This document shows, piece by piece, positions 34,850-43,806 of a stretch of DNA of 64,000 bases. Positions within the stretch are counted from its first letter, which is position 1, and each line of letters opens with the position of its first letter. A program made the translations under genes and the position numbers. Origin of the DNA: Myxococcota bacterium (GTDB lineage: Bacteria > Myxococcota_A > UBA9042 > PHBI01 > JAWLBL01); assembly GCA_041687695.1 (NCBI GenBank), contig JAWLBL010000008.1, forward strand, positions 96,001 to 160,000, in the 5' to 3' direction. The notes beneath the pieces are model-generated. The model did not search any database. It was not told the origin of the DNA and saw only the letters and a program-made list of their open reading frames with translations.

Positions 34850-35135
34850 CTCGGCCGGGACGCCGCACTCCGGCAGCCACCCGGGCCGGCTGGAAGAGGC
34901 TGCCGCAATAGACCAGCTGGAGTGCCCGAGCTTGCTCGCGCCCCAACGACGGCGGCTTGCCGCCGGGGCTTGGCCGCCGTCCTGGCGCAGCAAGCTGCGC
35001 CGGACCGGGGCTCCACCAAGGTGGAGCACTCCAGAGGCCTCGTGCGACGTCCTCTGGAAGTCGGCGATCCCAGGGGGTGGGTCGCCGGACTGCACGAGCT
35101 CGCTCGTGCTCGGGCGTAGCGCAGCTTGCTGCGCT
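34850..35135. repeat. Cluster of double-hairpin REP-like elements in alternating orientation (34918-34965 +, 34984-35033 -, 35086-35135 +; degenerate copy near 34850-34872 -)
   Basis: Each full copy is GGA(G/C)T + 8-bp stem/2-nt loop + 8-nt spacer + second 7-8-bp stem/2-nt loop. Confidence 0.8.
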
Positions 35136-35200
35136 CTGGATGCGGGCGCGGCGTGCACCGTCATCGGAGGGTCGCCGCGGCGGTGGCGCGGCCGCCTGCG

Positions 35201-36892
35201 TCAGTGGACCAGAGCCAGCAGCTCGGCGGCGTGCTCGCGCGTGCGCTCGGTGATCTGCAGGCCGCCCAGCATGCGGGCGATCTCCTCGGTGCGCTCGCCC
35301 GCGTCCAGCGCCCGCACGCGGGTGGCCGTGCGGCCGTCGACGGTGCGCTTTTCGACCTGCAGGTGGTGGTGGGCCTGCGCCGCGATCTGCGCGAGGTGCG
35401 TGATGGCGACGACCTGCCGCTCGGCCGCGATCTCGCGCATCTTCTGGCCGATGACCTCGGCCACCGCGCCGCCGACCCCGGTGTCCATCTCGTCGAAGAT
35501 GCAGGTGTGCACAGGGTCCACGTGGGTCAGCACGCGCTTGAGCGCCAGCAGCAGGCGCGACAGCTCGCCGCCCGAGGCGATGCGGGCCAGCGGGCGCATC
35601 TCCTCGCCGGCGTTCGTCTGGATGAGCAGCTCGCCGCGGTCGAGCCCGGCCGGCCCCAACGCCTCGCCGCGCGCCAGATCGAAGCGGATGCGAGCGCCGG
35701 TCATCACCAGGCTGTCCAGCTCCTCGCCCACCCGCGCCTCGAGCGCGCCCGCCGCGGCCACCCGGGCCTCGCTGAGCGCCTGCGCGGCCTCCAGCGCCTG
35801 CCCCTCGGCCGCCCGAACCGCCTCGTCCGCCTGCCTCACCGCGTCCTCGAGGCTCTCGAAGCCGGCCAGCTCGGCCCGCAGCTCGGCCGCCCGCGCCAGC
35901 ACGGCCTGCAGATCCAGCCCGTGCTTGCGCTTGAGCTTCTTGAGCGCGTCCAGCCGCTCCTCCACCTGCTCGAGCCGCCGCGGGTCCATGTCCACCCGGT
36001 CGCCGTAGCGCCGCGTCTCGAAGGCGATGTCCTCGAGCTCGATGCGCGCCGACTCGAGCCGCGCCGCCAGCGGCTGCAGCGTCGCGTCGATGGTCACCAG
36101 CCGATCCAGCGTCCGCAGCGCGCCCAGCAGCTGGTCGCTGACCGCGCTCGACCGCCCGCACAGGACGCTCTCGACCTCTCGCGCGCCGGTCAGCAGCCGC
36201 TCGCCGTGGGCCAGGCGCTCGCGCTCGCGCGCCAGCTCCTCGTCCTCGCCCGGCACCGGGTTCACCTCGTCGATCTCGCCCAGCTGGAACCGGACGAAGT
36301 CCTCTCGCGTGGCGCGCGCCGTCTCGCGCTGGCTCAGCCCGTCCCGCTCGCGCCGCGCCTGCACCAGCGCCCGCCACGCCGCGTCGAAGCGCGCCCGCAG
36401 CGCCATCAGGCCGCCGAAGCGGTCCAGCAGATCGAGGTGCCCCGACGCGTCCAACAGCGCCGTGTGCTGGTGCTGGCTGGACAGATCGACCAGCCCGCGC
36501 GTCACCTCGGCCAGGGTCGAGACGGTGACCAGCGCGCCGTTGATGTACACGCGCCCCTTGCCGTTGGGCGCCACGATGCGGCGCACGACCACGTCCAGCG
36601 TCGCCCCGGCGACCGGCCCAGGGTCCTCGTCGCCGCCCAGATCCTGCGCGCGCAGCCGCTCGGCCACCTCGGCGTCGGCGGGCAGGCGGAACAGGGCCTG
36701 CACCTCGGCCTGGCGGGCGCCGCGGCGGATCGTCTCGGTCCGCGCGCGGTCGCCCAGCACCAGGCTCAGCGCGTCGATGATGATCGACTTGCCGGCGCCG
36801 GTCTCGCCGGTCAGCACGTTCAGGCCCGGCCCCAGCTCGATGCTGGTCTGCTCGATGATGGCGAGGTTCTTGATCGCGAGATGCAGCAGCAT
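35201..36892 (-). CDS. recN: DNA repair protein RecN
   Basis: LTGETGAGKSIIIDAL, QHQH, ASGGELSRLLLALK, FDEMDTGVGG, ITHLAQIAA, EIARMLGG. Confidence 0.97.
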   Translation of the reverse strand: MLLHLAIKNLAIIEQTSIELGPGLNVLTGETGAGKSIIIDALSLVLGDRARTETIRRGARQAEVQALFRLPADAEVAERLRAQDLGGDEDPGPVAGATLDVVVRRIVAPNGKGRVYINGALVTVSTLAEVTRGLVDLSSQHQHTALLDASGHLDLLDRFGGLMALRARFDAAWRALVQARRERDGLSQRETARATREDFVRFQLGEIDEVNPVPGEDEELARERERLAHGERLLTGAREVESVLCGRSSAVSDQLLGALRTLDRLVTIDATLQPLAARLESARIELEDIAFETRRYGDRVDMDPRRLEQVEERLDALKKLKRKHGLDLQAVLARAAELRAELAGFESLEDAVRQADEAVRAAEGQALEAAQALSEARVAAAGALEARVGEELDSLVMTGARIRFDLARGEALGPAGLDRGELLIQTNAGEEMRPLARIASGGELSRLLLALKRVLTHVDPVHTCIFDEMDTGVGGAVAEVIGQKMREIAAERQVVAITHLAQIAAQAHHHLQVEKRTVDGRTATRVRALDAGERTEEIARMLGGLQITERTREHAAELLALVH

Positions 36893-37050
36893 GGGTCGCT
36901 CTGGCGCGGTCGCGCCGCCGAACGAGGGTGGTCGAGGGTGGACGCGTGTTCAGTATCAGAGGCCAGCCGGCGTGTAAAGCGCGTGGCGTCGGGGCGTCGA
37001 ACCCTTCGCCATCGTTGGCAAAGGACGCGCGCCTGCCTAAGATTCACCCC

Positions 37051-37893
37051 ATGCAGACCGGAACCGTCGAAGGGCGCCTCGGGCTTCGGCTCCACTGGCG
37101 CGCGAGCCCCCACCCCGACCCCAAGGCCGTCCTGGTCTTCGTCCACGGCTTCGGCGAGCACATCGGCCGCTACGAGCACGTCTTCCGGGCGATGAACGCG
37201 CGCGGCTATGGGTGCGTGGGCCTGGACTACCGCGGCCACGGCCGCTCCGAGGGGCGGCGCGCCTACCTGACGAAGTACGAGGAGTACCTCAGCGACGTCG
37301 ACGTCGCCGTGCGCCTCGGGCGGCAGCAGGCCGAGCAGGCCGGCGGCCGCAAGCTCTTCGTCGTCGGCCACAGCCAGGGCGGGCTCATCACCGCCGCCTG
37401 GGCGCTCACGCGCGGCGAGGCGGCGGACGTCGCGGGCCTGGCGCTGTCCAGCCCCCTGATGGCGGTCGGCGTCCAGGTCCCCGCCTGGAAGGACGCGCTG
37501 GGGCAGGCCGCCTCGGCCCTGTGGCCGGCGCTGGCCATCCCCTCGGGCATCCCGACCGCCTACCTCAGCCGCGATCCCCAGGTCGTCAGCGCCTACGAGC
37601 GCGACCCGCTGGTCTGCAGCGACGCGACCGCACGCTGGTACAGCGAGACCCTGGCGACCCAGCGCGCCGTGCTGGCCGGCGCGGCGCGCATGGCGCTGCC
37701 GACCCTGGTCATGCAGGCGGGCGACGACCGCATCGTCTCACCGGACGCGGCGCGCCGCTTCCACGACGCCCTGGGCGCGCCGGACAAGGCCTTCGTCCTG
37801 TACGAGGGCTTCTACCACGAGCTGTTCAACGAGCCGGACAAGGACCGCGTGTTCGCCGACCTCGGCGAGTGGCTCGACCGACGAGCAGGCTGA
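37051..37893 (+). CDS. Lysophospholipase / monoacylglycerol lipase-like alpha/beta hydrolase
   Basis: VHGFGEHIGRY, DYRGHGRSEG, GHSQGG, YHELFNEP. Confidence 0.92.
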   Translation: MQTGTVEGRLGLRLHWRASPHPDPKAVLVFVHGFGEHIGRYEHVFRAMNARGYGCVGLDYRGHGRSEGRRAYLTKYEEYLSDVDVAVRLGRQQAEQAGGRKLFVVGHSQGGLITAAWALTRGEAADVAGLALSSPLMAVGVQVPAWKDALGQAASALWPALAIPSGIPTAYLSRDPQVVSAYERDPLVCSDATARWYSETLATQRAVLAGAARMALPTLVMQAGDDRIVSPDAARRFHDALGAPDKAFVLYEGFYHELFNEPDKDRVFADLGEWLDRRAG

Positions 37894-38650
37894 GCGCCGC
37901 GAACATCCACAGCGCGCCGCCCCCGGCCCCGCCGCCCGCGCAGTCGTCGTCTCGGCGGCCGCCGCTGCCGCCGCCGCCCGTGTCCCCGCCCGCGTCCGCC
38001 TCGCCCGGGCCGAGGTCCTCGGGCGGCGCGGGCAACCCGGCGTAGATGCCGCAGAAGCCCTCGAGATCGTCCTCGGCGAGGGTGCGCTTGACGCAGTCGC
38101 CATGCGAGGTCGTCTCGAACATGGTCGCCTCGGGGTGGAACGAGTGGTCGAGGCCGATCCAGTGCCCGACCTCGTGGGTCATGGTCGCCAGCAGATCGTA
38201 GGCGAGGGCGTCCTGGTCGCACTCGGAGCCCGCCAGATACGGCTTCTGGGCGAGGTTGAAGTCGATGTCGACGTTCTCGATCTCGCCCGAGCGGGTGTCG
38301 AAGTGGACCCAGGTCACCGCGATGAGCTTGGACGACAGCGGCCAGTCGTCCTGGACCCAGCGGACCCAGTTCACGCCGTCGCTCGCGTCGACCTTGGCGC
38401 CCTGGGCGTAACCCTGGCTGGTGAAGGTCATGGGCCGACAGGGGACGTCGGACCACTGCTGGAAGGCGGCCTCGATCAGCTGGGCGGTGATCTCGGGGTC
38501 GAAGTGCGGAGGCAGGTTGGCGTCGAGCCGGTAGGTGTGGTCGAGCGTCTTCCAGTGCAGCGGATCGCCGTTGGCCGTCTGGTAGGCGTTCCAGGCCAGC
38601 GCGGGCGCGGGGGCGAGCAGGGCGGCGAGGGCCGCGAGGCGGATCAGCAC
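37826..38650 (-). CDS. Matrixin-family zinc metalloprotease with MYXO-CTERM-like anchor
   Basis: Signal peptide; HEVGHWIGLDHS, Met-turn ATMF, LAEDD; tail DDDCAGG...LWMFAALSLLVGRATRR. Confidence 0.85.
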   Translation of the reverse strand: MLIRLAALAALLAPAPALAWNAYQTANGDPLHWKTLDHTYRLDANLPPHFDPEITAQLIEAAFQQWSDVPCRPMTFTSQGYAQGAKVDASDGVNWVRWVQDDWPLSSKLIAVTWVHFDTRSGEIENVDIDFNLAQKPYLAGSECDQDALAYDLLATMTHEVGHWIGLDHSFHPEATMFETTSHGDCVKRTLAEDDLEGFCGIYAGLPAPPEDLGPGEADAGGDTGGGGSGGRRDDDCAGGGAGGGALWMFAALSLLVGRATRRGRRTRGPCPAR

Positions 38651-39456
38651 GGACGGGACCTGCGGGCGGAGAGGGAGCGGGCGCCGAGCGCGACCAGGGA
38701 GAGCCCCAGGGCCCAGGCGAAGGGAGACCGCGGGGAGCGGCCGCCGGCGCAGCCGTCGTCGGGGGCGGCCTCGGCCGGGCAGTGGGGATCGTCGAGCGTG
38801 GCGACCGGCGCGGCCGGGTCGCAGGCGCCGGGCGAGGCGGCGACGGGGTGGGTCGCGACGACGCCGGCCTCGTCGTCGGGGTGCAGGGCGTCCGGCGCGC
38901 GCTCGCCGGCGCGGGCGTCCCGGAACATGACCGCGTCGGAGACCGTGGAGTGCTCGAGCCCGAGCATGTGCCCGGCCTCGTGCATCATCACGAGCCTCAG
39001 GTCGTAGGCCGTGGGCGTCCCGTCGGTGGCGAAGTCGTAACCCTCGGCGTTGAACTCGACGTCGGCGTCCATGATGGCGCCGGTCTCGGTGTCGTAGGTG
39101 AGCGAGGTCAGGGCGACCACGTTGCGCGTGTACGGCCACGCGTCGCGGAAGACGACGACGTTCTCGCGGCCGAGGCGGGCGTCCGCCCCGGTGCCGTCGA
39201 CGCAGGTGACGCCGCGCTCCTGGAAGCGCACGAACGAGGCCTCGACGCCGTTCCAGGCGGCGAAGGCGTCGCGCAGGGTCGCGCCGACCTCCGGGCGGGG
39301 CAGGCCGGCGGTCGGGCCCTCGTGCAGCCACCAGGGCACGCAGGCGCGGGTCCAGCGCGCGGCCTGCTTGGACTGCGTGGTGACGTGTTCGTAGGCGAGG
39401 GCGGCGGGCGCAGACAGGGCGAGCGCGGCCGCGGCCGCGAGCAGGCGAGGCTTCAA
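38644..39456 (-). CDS. Matrixin-family zinc metalloprotease with MYXO-CTERM-like anchor
   Basis: TTG start coupled to the upstream TGA; HEAGHMLGLEHS, AVMF, LHPDD; tail DDGCAGG...WALGLSLVALGARSLSARR. Confidence 0.85.
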   Translation of the reverse strand: MKPRLLAAAAALALSAPAALAYEHVTTQSKQAARWTRACVPWWLHEGPTAGLPRPEVGATLRDAFAAWNGVEASFVRFQERGVTCVDGTGADARLGRENVVVFRDAWPYTRNVVALTSLTYDTETGAIMDADVEFNAEGYDFATDGTPTAYDLRLVMMHEAGHMLGLEHSTVSDAVMFRDARAGERAPDALHPDDEAGVVATHPVAASPGACDPAAPVATLDDPHCPAEAAPDDGCAGGRSPRSPFAWALGLSLVALGARSLSARRSRPC

Positions 39457-39950
39457 GGCAGGGTCCGCAGGTGGTCGAGCAGGGGGCCGAGGGGGCGGCG
39501 CGGAGCGGAGGGGCCGCCGTGGACCGCCCCGTCGGGGGCGACGTGGAGGGCGCCGAGGGTGAAGCCGACGGGGGTGAGGCCGGCGGCGGTGTCCTCGAGC
39601 ATCAGGACGACCTCGTCGCCGGGCGAAAAGGAGGGCAGGCCGGGGACGACGGTGCGCAGGCGGCCGCGGGTGCCGCCGGGCAGGACGAAGTCCACGACGG
39701 GCAGGTCGCCCAGCCAGGGGCCCTTGGCGACCTCCCAGACGGCGACGGTGACGCGCGTGCGGACGCCGCCCGGCCAGCCCGGCGCCGGCTCGGAGACAGT
39801 GGCCACGACGTGCCCGTGCACGACGAGGCTGGCCTGGGCGACCACCTGTTCGAGCGTGAGGGGCGCGACGGTCAGGCCCGTGGCCGGGCTCGGCGCGGTG
39901 AGGGCCAACAGGCACGCGGCGAGCCACGCGGGCAGGCGGAGACGCATCAT
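39453..39950 (-). CDS. Secreted hypothetical protein co-transcribed with the matrixins
   Basis: Signal peptide; LTLEQVVAQASLVVHGHVV, LPGGT, VPGLPSFSPGDEVVLML. Confidence 0.75.
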   Translation of the reverse strand: MMRLRLPAWLAACLLALTAPSPATGLTVAPLTLEQVVAQASLVVHGHVVATVSEPAPGWPGGVRTRVTVAVWEVAKGPWLGDLPVVDFVLPGGTRGRLRTVVPGLPSFSPGDEVVLMLEDTAAGLTPVGFTLGALHVAPDGAVHGGPSAPRRPLGPLLDHLRTLP

Positions 39951-40020
39951 GGCCCCGATGATAGTCGCCGCAGGGGCCCGGAATCCACTTGCGAGTCCCT
40001 CCCCCGGCGCGGAGGGCGAC

Positions 40021-40125
40021 GGCCACGGCTCCGGCCACGGCTCCGGCCCCGGCTCCGGCCACGGCTCCGGCCCCGGCCCCGGCCCCGGCTCCCCGGCCCC
40101 GGCCCACGGCCCCGGCCCACGGCCA
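40021..40125. repeat. Hexamer microsatellite (GGCCAC/GGCTCC/GGCCCC)n in the divergent intergenic region
   Basis: ggccacggctccggccacggctccggccccggctcc... about 17 hexamer units with one phase slip. Confidence 0.85.
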
Positions 40126-40195
40126 CGTGGTGGAGGCTTGCCCCGGCCGGCCCGGCGGTGTAGGTCACCCGCTCCCCGTCGCCCGGAGACCGACC

Positions 40196-40945
40196 ATGAC
40201 CGCCGCCCCCCGCTCCGACCGCGCCCCCGACGCCCTCCGCCCCGTCTCGCTGGTGCCCGACTTCACCGACGCGCCGCTCGGCTCGGTGCTGGCCGTCTTC
40301 GGCGACACGCGCGTCATGTGCACGGCCTCCATCGAGGAGCGGGTGCCCCCCTTCCGCGTGGCCTCGGGCGGCGGCTGGATGAGCGCCGAGTACTCGATGC
40401 TGCCCGGCGCGACGCCGCAGCGGACGCAGCGCGCCTCGACCCGCGGCAAGGTCGACGGGCGGGCGACCGAGATCCAGCGCCTGGTCGGCCGCTCGCTCCG
40501 CGCGGCCTTCGACATCGACCAGCTCGGCCCGCGCACCCTGTGGATCGACTGCGACGTGCTGCAGGCCGACGGCGGCACCCGCACCGCGGCCATCACCGGC
40601 GGGTACGCCGCCGCGCGCATCGCCGTCGAGCGCCTCATCGGCGGCGGCCTGGCCTCGCGGGCGGCGCTGCTGAGCCCCGTCGCGGCCGTCAGCGTGGGCC
40701 TGCTGGGCGGGGTCGCCTACCTGGATCTGGACTACGCGCTGGACTCGCGCGCCGACGTCGACATGAACGTGGTGATGACCCGCGAGGGGCGCTTCATCGA
40801 GGTGCAGGGCACCGGCGAGCGCGCCGCCTTCAGCCGCGACGAGCTGGACGCGCTGCTGATGCTGGCCGAGGGCGGCATCCGGCGCCTCTTCGAGGCCCAG
40901 GACGAGGCGGTCGAGCGGGCGCTCGCGCGGCGTCCGGCGGTCTGA
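40196..40945 (+). CDS. rph: Ribonuclease PH
   Basis: [66 protein letters not shown]. Confidence 0.97.
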   Translation: MTAAPRSDRAPDALRPVSLVPDFTDAPLGSVLAVFGDTRVMCTASIEERVPPFRVASGGGWMSAEYSMLPGATPQRTQRASTRGKVDGRATEIQRLVGRSLRAAFDIDQLGPRTLWIDCDVLQADGGTRTAAITGGYAAARIAVERLIGGGLASRAALLSPVAAVSVGLLGGVAYLDLDYALDSRADVDMNVVMTREGRFIEVQGTGERAAFSRDELDALLMLAEGGIRRLFEAQDEAVERALARRPAV

Positions 40946-41261
40946 GCGGCCCGCTCGAGCGCAGCCCTCTCCGCCGAGGCGGCGCGCCTGCCGGCGCCGC
41001 GCGGGTCAGGACGTCCGCAACTTTTGCGCGCGGCCTTGCGGGAATTCTCGCGCGGCCGACGGGGCGTCGTTGCGTGCGCAGGACGCGCTGCGGTGTTTCT
41101 CGCAGGCGCTCCGAAGGGCTTGACAAGCGACTCGGAGCGGAATCAAACGCTCGTTTAGCGAAACATTCCGCGCGTCAAGTCCTTGGGGACCGCTCACGGA
41201 ATCGGGAAAATTTCGCCGCTGGCCGCGAAAATCTAACCCGCCAGCATCTAAGCGCTTTCGG

Positions 41262-41348
41262 ATTTCCACAGGCGCGAGGTCACTTTTCGGTTGCGCGCCC
41301 GTTCAAGCGGCCCGGAGGGGGTCGCGCCTGTGGAAAACCTGTGGGGAA
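41262..41348. promoter_or_regulatory. DnaA-box-like motifs in an AT-richer intergenic gap
   Basis: ATTTCCACA (41262-41270); TGTGGAAAA (41329-41337; reverse complement TTTTCCACA fits TTWTNCACA); TGTGGGGAA (41340-41348). Confidence 0.45.
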
Positions 41349-41376
41349 CGTCGATCGGCCCGTGATCCGGTCGTGA

Positions 41377-42768
41377 TCACGCGTGATCGGCGGGGGCGGT
41401 CTCCTGGGCGGGCTCGAGGCGCACGATCAGGTAGGAGACGAGCCCGGCGCGGTTGCGGCCGAGGTGCACGGTCATCAGGTAGCTGTGGCGGCCGCGGCGG
41501 TCGGTCAGGGCGACGGCCAGGCGGCGCACGGGGCGGCGGCGGCGCAGGACGCCCTCGAGGGCCTCGCGGAAGGCGGCGGCGTCGGGGCCGCGGACCAGCT
41601 CGATGAGGTCGAGGTCCTCGTAGGGGTCGGGCAGGACGAAGAGCTTTCGGAAGGCGCGGTTGGCGTGCTCGACGCGGTGGCGCGTGTCGAGCACGGCGAG
41701 CGGGTAGGGGACGAGGTCGGCCAGCATGCGCAGGCGGTTGCGGTCCTCATAGATGCGGTCGCGCTTGAGGTCGTCGAACTGGCGGATGCGGCGGAGCATC
41801 TGGTTCAAGGTCTGGGCCAGGGTGCCGACCTCGTCGGTGCCGACGACGCGGGCCTGCACGCCGAGGTGGCCGAGGCCGGCGCGCTGCATGACCGAGGTGA
41901 CGTGGCGCAGGGGCTGCACGAGGCGGCCGGGCAGGACCAGGATGACCACGGTGATGTAGACGATGGTCAGCAGCACGAGGGTGATGAGGTAGCGGTCGGC
42001 GCGGTCGACGTTGGTGCGGATGGCCTGGCCGGCCTGGCGTCCGCGCTGCGCGAGCTGGGCCTCGAAGCTGGAGATGCGGCGGAGGATGTCGGCGGCGAGC
42101 TGCTCGGAGCGGGCCGCGGCGGCGCTCCAGCGGGCGGCGTTGTTGGCGCGCTGCCACAGGCTGGGGGCCAGGGCCTCGCCGACCAGGCGCTCGGGCAGGG
42201 TGCTGGCGAACTCCTCGAGGAACTGGACGCGGCGGGCCAGCGCGTCGGCGGTGGGGTTGGGGTTCTCGAGGCTCCAGCGCACGATGCTGCGGTCGAGGTC
42301 CTGGCGGACGCGCTCGAGGGCGGCGATCCACGGGTGCTCGTCGGGCGTGCCCTCGCGCAGCTCGGCGAAGCCGTCGGCGGTCACCTCGCCGTAGCGCTCG
42401 ACGCCGGCGGCGATCTCCTGCAGCTCGGCCGAGTACTCGGGGAAGGTCCCGGCCAGGCGGCCCGCCGTGTCGCGCAGCCGGGCGATGCTGGCCGTCTGCT
42501 CGACGAGGTCCTGCTCGTAGTGGGGGAAGCCGTCGACGAAGAGCTGCGTCGCCTGCCGCGACAGGTCCTCGACCGACTCGGCGGCGTAGGCCAGGCGGTC
42601 GACCGCGGTGCCGTAGGCGAAGAACTCGACCATGTAGGCGACGGTCAGCAGGATCTGCGGGATGACCAGGGCCAGCACGCCGACCAGCGCGATGGTGACC
42701 TTGGCGCGGATCCCGGCGTTCTGGACCGAGAAGACGTCCGCGAGCTCCTCGAGGCGGCGCGTGAACAC
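41377..42768 (-). CDS. Membrane sensor-like protein: TM-periplasmic domain-TM-HAMP-PAS, with no kinase domain
   Basis: IRAKVTIALV TM; helical periplasmic region; TM; LVQPLRHV...DEVGTLAQTLNQML (HAMP); LAVLDTRHRVEHANRAFRKLF (PAS); stop follows. Confidence 0.8.
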   Translation of the reverse strand: MFTRRLEELADVFSVQNAGIRAKVTIALVGVLALVIPQILLTVAYMVEFFAYGTAVDRLAYAAESVEDLSRQATQLFVDGFPHYEQDLVEQTASIARLRDTAGRLAGTFPEYSAELQEIAAGVERYGEVTADGFAELREGTPDEHPWIAALERVRQDLDRSIVRWSLENPNPTADALARRVQFLEEFASTLPERLVGEALAPSLWQRANNAARWSAAAARSEQLAADILRRISSFEAQLAQRGRQAGQAIRTNVDRADRYLITLVLLTIVYITVVILVLPGRLVQPLRHVTSVMQRAGLGHLGVQARVVGTDEVGTLAQTLNQMLRRIRQFDDLKRDRIYEDRNRLRMLADLVPYPLAVLDTRHRVEHANRAFRKLFVLPDPYEDLDLIELVRGPDAAAFREALEGVLRRRRPVRRLAVALTDRRGRHSYLMTVHLGRNRAGLVSYLIVRLEPAQETAPADHA

Positions 42769-42771
42769 GCG

Positions 42772-43458
42772 TCAGGCCCGGGTCAGGTCGCGGATCTGCG
42801 CGTCGGTCGCGACGATGGCGACGATGTCCCCCTCCTCGATGAGGTCGCGCTCGTCGGGCTGCATCACCACCTCCTGCTTGAAGACGCTCTTGCCCTCGGT
42901 GTCGATGTGCGGCCGGTGCTTGCGGATGGCGATGACGTTGACGCCATAGGTCGCCGGGAGCTCGAGCTCGCCCAGGGTCTTGCCCCAGAAGCTGGCCGGC
43001 GCGTCGATCTCGAACCACTCGTGGCCGGTCGGCAGGATGAGCCGCTCGTGCATCTCCGGGGCGACCAGCCGGCGGGCGACGTTCTCGCCCATGGCCTCCT
43101 CGGGGTTGACCACGTCGTGGGCGCCGATGAGCCGCAGGATCTGCTCGTGCAGGGCGCTCGAGGCGCGCGCCAGGATGTGCGGGACGGCCAGGCGCACCAG
43201 CTGCGCGACGACCAGGATGGAGACCTCGATGTCGCGGCCGATGGCGACGACCACGCTGTCGACGTCGTCGACGCCGCTCGCGCGGAAGGCGGCCTCGTCG
43301 GTGGCGTCGAGCACGATGGCGTGGGCGACGCGGGTGCGCCAGGTCTCGATGATCTGTGGGCTCGAGTCGATGGCGAGCACCTCGGCGCCCAGATCCGTCA
43401 GGCTCTGGGCGACGCGAGCGCCGAACTGGCCGAGGCCGATGACCGCGAAGCGTTGCAA
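42772..43458 (-). CDS. ktrA: KtrA/TrkA family K+ uptake RCK subunit
   Basis: AGGAGG RBS then TTG; FAVIGLGQFG, LDATD, VVVAIG, VVNPEEAMG, GKTLGEL, VNVIAIR. Confidence 0.88.
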   Translation of the reverse strand: MQRFAVIGLGQFGARVAQSLTDLGAEVLAIDSSPQIIETWRTRVAHAIVLDATDEAAFRASGVDDVDSVVVAIGRDIEVSILVVAQLVRLAVPHILARASSALHEQILRLIGAHDVVNPEEAMGENVARRLVAPEMHERLILPTGHEWFEIDAPASFWGKTLGELELPATYGVNVIAIRKHRPHIDTEGKSVFKQEVVMQPDERDLIEEGDIVAIVATDAQIRDLTRA

Positions 43459-43558
43459 GGAGAGCCTCCTGGGGTGGCCCGGGTCCGCCGAGGGCGCGGT
43501 AGGACGCCCCCGCGCGGCACGTTGGCCCAGGGGGGCGAGGCGGTCAAGGCCGTCGTCG

Positions 43559-43773
43559 TCGCCGCCAGGGCCGGTCGGACGCGCATCGGACGCACGCGCG
43601 AGGCCTCCGTGGGCCCACGGCACCGGCGATGGGCCTGCGGAGGTGGCCTCCGTGGCTCCGTTGCAGCTGCATCGGAGCCACGGAGTTGGCTTCCCAGGGC
43701 TGGATGCGCCTCCCCGGGTGCTACGGAGGAGGCCTCCCTGGGCCCAGCGCGAGGCGGACGAGGCCCGGGGACA
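43559..43773. repeat. Degenerate 43-bp-period tandem array of palindromic units
   Basis: GGC(C/T)TCC(G/C)(T/A)GG at 43602, 43645, 43688 and 43731; 38-bp near-perfect palindrome at 43648-43685. Confidence 0.7.
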
Positions 43774-43806
43774 GGCGTCGCACCGTGGCACGAGGGCCGG
43801 GCAGGC

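Noticed and set aside
41119..41179. dif site or tRNA downstream of rph
   Set aside because: No match to the XerC/XerD dif consensus (no TTATGTTAAAT-like arm), and no cloverleaf or T-loop.
41231..41310. Integron attC site (ATCTAAC fits RYYYAAC)
   Set aside because: No matching GTTRRRY at a suitable distance with complementary arms, and no integrase or cassette structure.
43559..43773. Canonical CRISPR array
   Set aside because: Repeats are too degenerate, cores are only about 20 nt, and there are no cas genes in the window. Kept only as an unexplained periodic array.
43459..43791. N-terminal extension of KtrA in the ORF track
   Set aside because: It runs through the repeat array. An AGGAGG RBS and TTG at 43458 give a normal-length KtrA.
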